A stretch of 64,000 nt of DNA, taken from Octopus vulgaris (Eukaryota). This document shows, piece by piece, positions 55,350 through 64,000 of this stretch. The stretch spans positions 28,396,001 through 28,460,000 of the forward strand of contig OX597820.1 in NCBI GenBank assembly GCA_951406725.2, written 5' to 3'. The position numbers and the translations under genes are program-made. The notes under the pieces were generated by a model that did no database searches, had not been told where the DNA came from, and worked only from the letters and a program-made list of their open reading frames with translations. How positions within the stretch are numbered: position 1 is the stretch's first letter; each line of letters begins with the position of its first letter.

Positions 55350-55400
<51 letters not shown>

Positions 55401-55568
55401 GTATATGTATAAACACATACACATATATATATATATATATATTATTCATTTCTATAGCTATGTATATAAATTAAATCGTATGTATGCATAAATATAAGTA
55501 TGTATGTATATATATGGATATATATGAGTGTGTGTGTGTTATTATCAATATATCTATCTATACATTTG

Positions 55569-55635
<67 letters not shown>

Positions 55636-55654
55636 GTTTGTATATGTATATATC

Positions 55655-55685
<31 letters not shown>

Positions 55686-55866
55686 ATGTATATGTATATA
55701 GATATATGTATTTATACATATATACATACACATACATATATACATACATACATACATAAAAATACATACATACATACATACAGACAGACAGACATACGTA
55801 CATACATGCATACATACGTACATACATACATAGATGTTTGTGTATCAGGATGTACGCTCTTTGTTG

Positions 55867-55897
<31 letters not shown>

Positions 55898-56286
55898 TGC
55901 ATTGTCCGAAAGTAAATATAGGAAACTTGTTGTGATGTCCAATGAAAGGAAGCAACGGTAAGCATCGAATGATTCGAGTGGAAAGAAAAAAAAAAGACAG
56001 AGAGAGACTACATTAAGGAGAAGGGTTGAGAGTAACGGAAAAAAAGCATGGCCTGTGCAGGAAAAATAAACACAAATTTTACAGTAGAAGCGTTTGCCAA
56101 ATTTTCATCATCTTCACCGCTAGCACCACCATCTTAATAGTCGTCGCCGTCGTTGCCGTCGATGTTATAATCATCATCATCATCATAATCGTCGTCATCA
56201 TCATCATCGTCATCATCATTATTATGAAGATTGTTATTGTTATTTTCGTTGGTACTGTTTCGTTGTCATTATTATTAATACGATTA

Positions 56287-56311
56287 TCATCATCATCCTC
56301 ATCATCATCAG

Positions 56312-56352
<41 letters not shown>

Positions 56353-56386
56353 CCATCATCATCACCATCATCATAACCATCATCAC

Positions 56387-56457
<71 letters not shown>

Positions 56458-56597
56458 CCATCATCATCATCATCTCATCATCATCATCATCATCATCATC
56501 ATCACCACCACCACCATCATCATCTTCATCATCATCACCATCATCATCACCATCATCATCATCATCACCACCACCATCGTCGTCATCGTCGTCGTCG
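56287..56597. repeat. (CAT)n/(CAC)/(CGT) trinucleotide tract
   Basis: Direct reading. Confidence 0.95.
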
Positions 56598-56819
56598 TTC
56601 TTAGAGCATATGGAGAAGAAATTTCCCACTTCGTTCCATGTTAGTTTACTTATTAAATACTTTTTCCTCAACTTTATTTGGAGCACGTTTTCTTATTAAG
56701 CAGCAAAACTAAGATAAATGTCGAGAAATTTGAAGACGTGCCAAGTTTCACCATGAGTGATATATAGATACATACATACAATGATGTACGTATGATTGTA
56801 TGTATGTATGTACGTATGT

Positions 56820-57128
56820 GTGGAGGGGCAATGGCCCAGTGGTTAGGGCAGCGACTCGCCGTCAGAGGATCGCAGTTTCGATTGCCAGACCGGGCGTTGT
56901 GTGGGTTTATTGAGCGAAAATAACTAAAGCTCCACGAACTCCGGCAGGAGGTGCTGGCAACCCCTGTTGTACTCTTTCGCCTCAACTTTCTCTTACTCTC
57001 TCTTCCTGTTTCTTGAGTAACGATGCGATAGACTGGCGTTGCGTCCAGCTGGGGGGGGGGACATACGCCACAGAAACGGGGAAACCGGGCCCATGAGCCT
57101 CGCTAGGCTTGAAAAAGGGCGCATAAAT
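56820..57128 (+). mobile_element. SINE family B
   Basis: GGAGGGGCAATGGCCCAGTGGTTAGGGC...CTCGCC...TTTCGATT. Body and tail as in 4155-4438. Confidence 0.88.
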
Positions 57129-57514
57129 ATATAATGTATGTATGTATGCATGTATGGATGGATGGATGGATGGATGACGGATGGATGGAATGATGGATGG
57201 TTGGGTGGATTCATGTAAGTTTATATGTGTATAAACGTAATTCTCTAGCTAATATGTACATACATGTCTGTGTGTGTGTACGTTTATGTATGTGAAACGC
57301 TAGTTTAGATATATTCTCAATATCATGCATGTATAGACAGGTATTTCTGTGTATGTGCATGTACACAAGTGTTTGCATTAGTGTGTATGTATGCGTGTGA
57401 TTATGTGATATCTTTATTTGAATACGTGCTAGTTTGGTACAATATAAATGTGAATGGTAGTAGTATACGCATATATGTCTGTGTATATAGGTACACACGC
57501 ACACACACACACAT

Positions 57515-57547
<33 letters not shown>

Positions 57548-57583
57548 ATACTGTATTATGGTATATATAAATATACATTATAT

Positions 57584-57638
<55 letters not shown>

Positions 57639-57699
57639 ACGATGTAAAGTTGGGTGTTACCGCACGAATAAAAATATTTGAAAATGCAGGAGTATTGTA

Positions 57700-59430
57700 A
57701 ACGTATTTATTAAATTTATTAACCGTGTTCACTTATTAAAAAGATTTTCAGAAGTAAAGTGTGAGGTTCTGTGTAACCTCCGTGGTATCCAAAATTAGTT
57801 TACAAAAATGTATTCAAGTCAAGTGATGGAGTCTTTTGTAATTATAAGAAAAGTTTTAAGGTTTTGTGTATCCTCTGTGATGAGTCAAAAAAATAGTTTA
57901 CATTAAAACATTTGATCAGGTAAACATTTTTCAGGTGTAAAACCTGTGAGGGTGGCTGATGGTCACAGTTCACAACTGTAGTTGACGAATGATAAGAATG
58001 TTTTGAGTGCGTTTATATGTCTCGCATTTCGCTGGAGTTTGGCAGTTATAAACAGAGTGGTAAATTTTCTGTATAAAATCTTCCTTCTATCTAAAACCTC
58101 TCGAAAGAGCTGTTCTTCACTGCTGCTCCAGAGCGTCGGCTGCGGGGTCATTCCGAAAAGCTCTATCTGCGACGATTTCATCTCAATCGAAGGAGAGGGG
58201 CTTTCTCCGTCCGGGTTGCGGATCCGTGGAATAAGCTGCCAGACGAGATGGTGAAGATGCCGACGACCGCTCGGTTCAAAGTCTCCCTTGACCTCAAGTG
58301 GCCTGAACTCTTTACATGAACACCACCCTGAACATAACTCCATGTCCCGCTACATGGCCTTACTTTTTGCTTTTTGAGCCAAAAAATTAACTAACTAACT
58401 AACTAACTAAAAATGATAAATGCTAATAATATATCCCTTAAATAACAATGTCATCTAGTATTCGTTTTCAGGTGTAAAAACAGTGTGGGTAGCTGATGGT
58501 CACAGGTCACAACGTAGTTGACGATTGATTACAAAGTATGCGTGTAAGTATGCATGTTTTTCCCGGGAAATGTGGATAGAAGGTTGTGTGTGTGAACGTA
58601 TCTGCGTTTATCGAGGTGTTCCATGTGTGTATGTGTATGTGTGTGCCTGTGTATCTATGCATGCCTGCGTGTATGTGTTGCAGTTGTCAGGCCAGATGCG
58701 AGATATAAACTCACTCAAAACCTTATTATCAATCGTCAATTACATTGTGAACTGTGACCATCAGCCATCCCCCCCACACACACACACACTATTTTCACAC
58801 CTGAAAACAAATACTGGATGGCAATGTCATTTAGGGGTTATATCATCAACATTTATCATTTTTGGATAAAAAAATAATTTTATACAGAAGAATTGCAACT
58901 CTTTTTATAACTGCCAGACTCCAGCCTTATGCAAGACATTAGAAGCCACATCCAAGAACTTTAAATAGTCTGTTACAAATTTTATTTTCTTGCCAAAAAC
59001 TCTATTACTTGATCGGGATGTATTCATGTAAACTAATTTTCATCTTATCATTATAAAAGAATTTTATTATCTGATCTGAATGTTTTTATGTAAACTATTT
59101 CTTGACTCACCGCAGAGGATACACATATTTTATCTTCTTGTCGAAGACTATTATTTGTTCGAGATATATTTATGTAAACTAATTTTTTCTTCTTATTATA
59201 AAAACATTTTATTATCGAATCTGAATGGTTTTTATGCAAACTAACTTCTGACTCATCACATAGGATACAGAAAGCCTCAAACCTTTTCTTATCATTGTCA
59301 AAGTCTCTATCACATGATTTGAATACATTTTTTTAACTATTTTTCATACCACAGAGGATACACATAACCTCACATTTTACTTTAGAAACGAAAATCCTTT
59401 TAAATAAAGAAAAACGGTTACGTTAACAAA
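57700..59430. repeat. Two diverged copies of an AT-rich repeat in inverted orientation
   Basis: 57721-57925 is approximately the reverse complement of 59200-59420. 57927-58095 plus 58410-58530 is approximately the reverse complement of 58700-58925. Confidence 0.65.
58097..58410 (+). mobile_element. CR1 LINE 3' fragment with a (TAAC)n tail
   Basis: Reads RLRGHSEKLYLRRFHLNRRR..FSVRVADPWNKLPDEMV...FKVSLD, a canonical CR1 C-terminus. CTAAAA on both sides is a likely TSD. Confidence 0.85.
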
Positions 59431-59513
59431 TACTTTTAGAGGACTTTTGGATTTTCAGATATTTTCTTTACACACACACTTATATATATGTGTGTGTATG
59501 TATGTATACATAC

Positions 59514-59567
<54 letters not shown>

Positions 59568-60076
59568 TATAAACATATATATATACATATATGCACACAT
59601 ATACAAATGTGTGTCTATGTTTACAGCTATATAAGACGGAGCATTTGAATGTGTGCGCGTACGCATGGTTGATAATGATATGCATGTATATATGCGTGTG
59701 TATGAATGAAAAAAATTAATGCCATGTATAACTATATTTTACTTAGTTTTATATTTCTTTGTAACTATAACTATATCTACGGAGATATCGATATCACTTA
59801 CACTCAAATTTCTAGCTCAGTTTCAGGAAGTGATATCCCGACAGGTGACTCTATGAATGCAGTTGATTGTTTCGAACAAACATTCAATACTCTGGGAATA
59901 ATGTGTCTACTTTGATAATGCATATATAATCATCTTCAAAATGTACCGATCTTTTGATTGTTATAATCGACACACATAAGATTTATATATATAAATACAA
60001 AACATAAAAAAATATATAAATTAGACTTAGCTATATGTACCTTTACACGGATACTCTAACTATCTATCTATCTATC

Positions 60077-60143
<67 letters not shown>

Positions 60144-60161
60144 GTATATGTATACACACAT

Positions 60162-60193
<32 letters not shown>

Positions 60194-60407
60194 TATTCAT
60201 TTCTATAGCTACGTATACAAATGAAATCGTATGTATGTATGTATATATATGGATATATATATGAGTTCGTGTGTCTCTGTGTTATTATCAATATATCTAT
60301 CTATATATTTGTCTATATATCTATCTATCTATCTATCAGTCTATCTAGCTATGCAATTATCTAACTATCTATCTATTTTTCATATATCGAACCATCTACG
60401 TAGCTAT

Positions 60408-60471
<64 letters not shown>

Positions 60472-60549
60472 ATAAATATTAGGGAATAAATCCAAATTTA
60501 CAGGGAAAAAATCAGATTTAGGATTAAATCCAATTTTATAGTAAAATAT

Positions 60550-60608
60550 TATATAATATTAATTCGAGTCAAAACCACTATTTTGCAAAATAGTGGTTTT
60601 GTCTCGAA

Positions 60609-60621
<13 letters not shown>
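60550..60621. repeat. 72-bp palindrome centred on TTTTGCAAAA
   Basis: TATATAATATTAATTCGAGTCAAAACCACTATTTTG|CAAAATAGTGGTTTTGTCTCGAATTAATATTATATA, one mismatched pair. Confidence 0.9.
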
Positions 60622-60669
<48 letters not shown>

Positions 60670-60707
60670 CATACATACATACATACATACATACATACAT
60701 ACATACA

Positions 60708-60740
<33 letters not shown>

Positions 60741-60837
60741 GCACACACACATGCACACACACGTATACATATATTCTACATCCGACATATAACATATGCA
60801 TATATCAATATTTCACTTTACATTTAAAACTTCATAT

Positions 60838-62080
60838 ATATAGGGTGTTCCATAAAGAGCGTCGAATTTGAATCGGGCAACACTTTTGTGTTTTAGAGTT
60901 TGAAGGCAAGCTTTAATCATGTTTGCTATCTCTCTTATCTCCGATTAATAGTTTTTTGTTTGTTTTTTCAGAATAGTTGCAGTGTTTCGTGGAGCAGTTT
61001 ACAATTGAGCAACGCGTTTTCACCGTGAAGACGTTTTACCAAAACGGAGAAAGTGTGACGCAAACAGCTCGAACTCGGGGGAGAAATGAAGCACCCAACG
61101 GCCAAATCGGCTGAGTCGAATCGTTCTCGTAGGACAGAACAACAAATTGTTGTTGTTTGAGACAATATCACTGAGTCCGGGAAAATCTATTCGTCGATGT
61201 TCGCAGCAGTGGGACATCCCGACCACTTCATTACATCGAATTTTGCATAAAGATCTCCATATTCAAGCTTGCAAAATTTATCTTATGCATCATCTTCAGC
61301 CACCTGAGCATGGGAGGCGGAGGAAATTGTTGACTGGGTTGTGGAGAGACTTGCAGCTGACGAAAATTTTGGTAAGAAAATCACCTTCAGTGACGAGGCC
61401 TACTTCCGCTTGAGTGGATTTGTCAATAAACAGAATTTCCGGATTTGAGGAAATGAATATCCCTAAATAATGCAGGAGCGTAAAATGCATCCACTGAAAG
61501 AGACTGTGTGGTGTGGTTTTGGGACAGGTGGAGTGTTTGGGCCGTACTATTTTGTAAATGATGAGGGGAATGTACTTACCATTAACGAAGAACTGCTATC
61601 CACTCAGTTGTGGCCGAATTTGGAAGATACGGAGATGGACACCCTCTGGTTTCAGCAGGATGGAGCGACTTGCCACACTTCGCGCCAAAACGATTGCATT
61701 ACTCCACGAAAGCTTTCCGCAACGATTGATATTCTTTGCATGGTGACCAGCAATGCCCACCAAGGACATCTTACCGGTTGTGATTTCTTCTTATGGCGGA
61801 ATGTGTAATCAGAGGTATATGTCAAGAAACTATGCACAATGTTTGAACTCAAGGCTGAAATCAGGCGTGTAATTGAAGGCAAAGGGCCAAACATCTTTGA
61901 GAGAGTTATCGGAAATTTTGGGGAGAGCATAAATGTATGCAGATTCAGTACAAGTGGACATATGACAGACAGTGATTCATACCTAAATGTGTGACATAAT
62001 TTATTAGAAATATGTAGAATATAACCCTGCTTATAATATTTCGTTTTAATTATTCACCTTTCAAATTCAGCCCCTGTATA
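60838..62080 (+). mobile_element. Degraded Tc1/mariner-superfamily DNA transposon (transposase pseudogene ~60988-61960)
   Basis: EQFTIEQRVF, SPGKSIRR, FSDEAYF, VNKQN, HPLKETVWCG, GPYYF, WFQQDGATCHT, CDFFLW. Partial TIRs share GAATTTGAA and have TA ends. Confidence 0.88.
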
Positions 62081-62092
62081 TATGGCTGCACA

Positions 62093-62150
<58 letters not shown>

Positions 62151-62247
62151 TGTATAAATGTATGTATGTATGTATAAATGTGTGTGTGTGTATATAAAAT
62201 TTATACGCGGAGGGAAGGCCATTACGTGCTAAAACGTGCTAAAATAT

Positions 62248-63007
62248 CAGTTAATTCTATACTTCGATGTTTCACCATTAATGATTAAATAAATCAATTA
62301 ATTAATCAATCAATTGATCTTCAGTAGAATGATGGGACATATAATTTTAAAACTTGAATATGTACTAAACACAAAGGAAGCAAGTGCATACTGAAGTTCA
62401 TTGTAACACATCAAGAATCCAAATCAAATGATCTCAATCATCGTGCCGAGCCAGAATAATACAGCAGAGAATATATATTCAACAGTGAATTATCTGACCC
62501 AAGATGCAAAATATTTATATATAAATATAAAAGGTAAACATTCTAAAGAATAATAATTTATACTAGTGGCTAGTATAAGTAACACATTCAGTAGATGTAA
62601 ATATGTTTACAATATATATGAGTGTACAAAATTTATACATGGAGAGAAGAATACTATGTGGTCTTCTTGCATGCGAAAAAGGGCAGTCAAATTTCCAAAC
62701 CACGAAGGAACATTTTTATTTAGAGGACTTTGAGTGTAAACCAACAGGACAATTTGAAAGAATTGAAATATCAGTTAGTTCTATATTCCGAGGTTTCACT
62801 ATTAATAATTAAATAACTCAATTAATCAATCAATTGATGACTTAACCATCCGTGGATCTTCAGTATAATAATGGGATATATAATTATAAAATTCGAATAT
62901 GTACCGAAACACAAAGGAAATACGTGCATACTGAGTTTCATTGTTACACATCAAGAATTCTAATCAAACGACTTCATTCATCATGTTGAGGCAGAATATT
63001 ACAGCAG
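62248..63007 (-). repeat. Diverged direct repeat (period ~520-540 bp); each copy carries a hammerhead-like core on the minus strand
   Basis: 62248-62467 matches 62771-63007. Minus strand ATTCTA-CTGAAGA-...-GAAA-CATCGAAG-TA-TAGAAT at 62254-62330. Confidence 0.65.
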
Positions 63008-63011
63008 TTGA

Positions 63012-63330
63012 ATTTACAAGATACTGTTGAATTAGCATAGCGTTCAAAAGCCCACAACTCATCAATGCCCTGCCACAATAATTAAAGAACTAGACATCCA
63101 CCTTTCCACAATACTGGATGAAACAAGTGTCCGACATGAGGTACAGGCAAGGGCAGCGGAATCAAACTCCCTTATGCACCAAATTGGTCAACAGCTAGGA
63201 CAAAAGCACATACAGGAGTGGAGATGTGAAACACCCCAGACTAAAAACAATAGAACGACCACAGAGGTACTCTAGCATGACGGCAAAGGCATGGCTGAAA
63301 CGAGTAAATGTGTAAAGGAGTAAAATAGTA
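63012..63330 (+). mobile_element. Degraded 3' fragment related to the 13-17 kb LINE
   Basis: AFKSPQLINALP...DETSVRHEVQARAAESNSLMHQI parallels GFRGPQLFNILP...DEPTSRQEGQMMAAASNSLIHQI. 3' motif CTAGCATG...GCTGAAAC. Confidence 0.75.
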
Positions 63331-63339
63331 TATGTATGT

Positions 63340-63463
<124 letters not shown>

Positions 63464-63496
63464 GGAGTTAAACGCAGGTGTTATTCAAATTCTTTT

Positions 63497-63586
63497 ACTT
63501 CCGACACATATTTCGAAGATATCACTGGTATTATTCCAAAGGAATTAAAATGGTGTAAAACAATGTAATCTTCTCTTCAGGGAAAT
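63497..63586 (-). ncRNA. Type I hammerhead ribozyme motif with a long stem II
   Basis: ATTTCC-CTGAAGA-GAAGAT...ATCTTC-GAAA-TATGTG-TC-GGAAGT. GUC triplet, 6-bp stem I and 6-bp stem II base. Confidence 0.7.
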
Positions 63587-63706
63587 GAAGAAATGAAACT
63601 CGTCAATAAGACATTTTAACAGTATATTTACTTGTGTGATTTTTTGCTACCCTGGTAACTATTTATCTATTTTCCCGTGTTAATTGTAAACAAGGGAAAA
63701 ATCCAC

Positions 63707-63794
<88 letters not shown>

Positions 63795-64000
63795 GCGTGT
63801 GCGTGTGCGTGTGCGTGTGTGTGCGTATACACACACATTAACCTATCTATAACCACAGATGTACATATTTCTCTAGCTTTCTTTCGCCAATATACATGTA
63901 TACATACATACAATCATACATACATACATGAATGCACACAAGCGAGTATATATATATATACACATTAATATATGTATGGGTATGTATACAGGTATGTGAA

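Overview
AT-rich, microsatellite-saturated animal genomic DNA. The repeat repertoire (tRNA-derived SINEs, Penelope-like and R4/Dong remnants, (TA)n/(TACA)n/(GATA)n tracts) resembles octopus/cephalopod DNA; this is an inference. I found no credible host protein-coding exon, and nearly all short ORFs in the track are microsatellite translations. The main feature is a near full-length CR1-group LINE (~12.9-17.58 kb). It has a 5' array of ~8 conserved monomers, an open ORF1 that combines a Myb/SANT(trihelix)-like domain with a CCCH zinc finger, and an APE-RT ORF2 broken by one stop and one frameshift. Its 3' end motif is shared with an abundant SINE family in the window. The window also holds several unrelated type I hammerhead ribozyme motifs (18.3, 24.1, 55.0-55.3, 62.3/62.8 and 63.5 kb), including three copies arranged as a direct repeat plus a back-to-back palindrome. 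Other content: Penelope-like fragments (one with an internal inversion), R4/Dong 3' ends, Tc1/mariner relics, modular SINEs and local tandem or inverted duplications. All calls come from reading motifs by eye; no searches were run.
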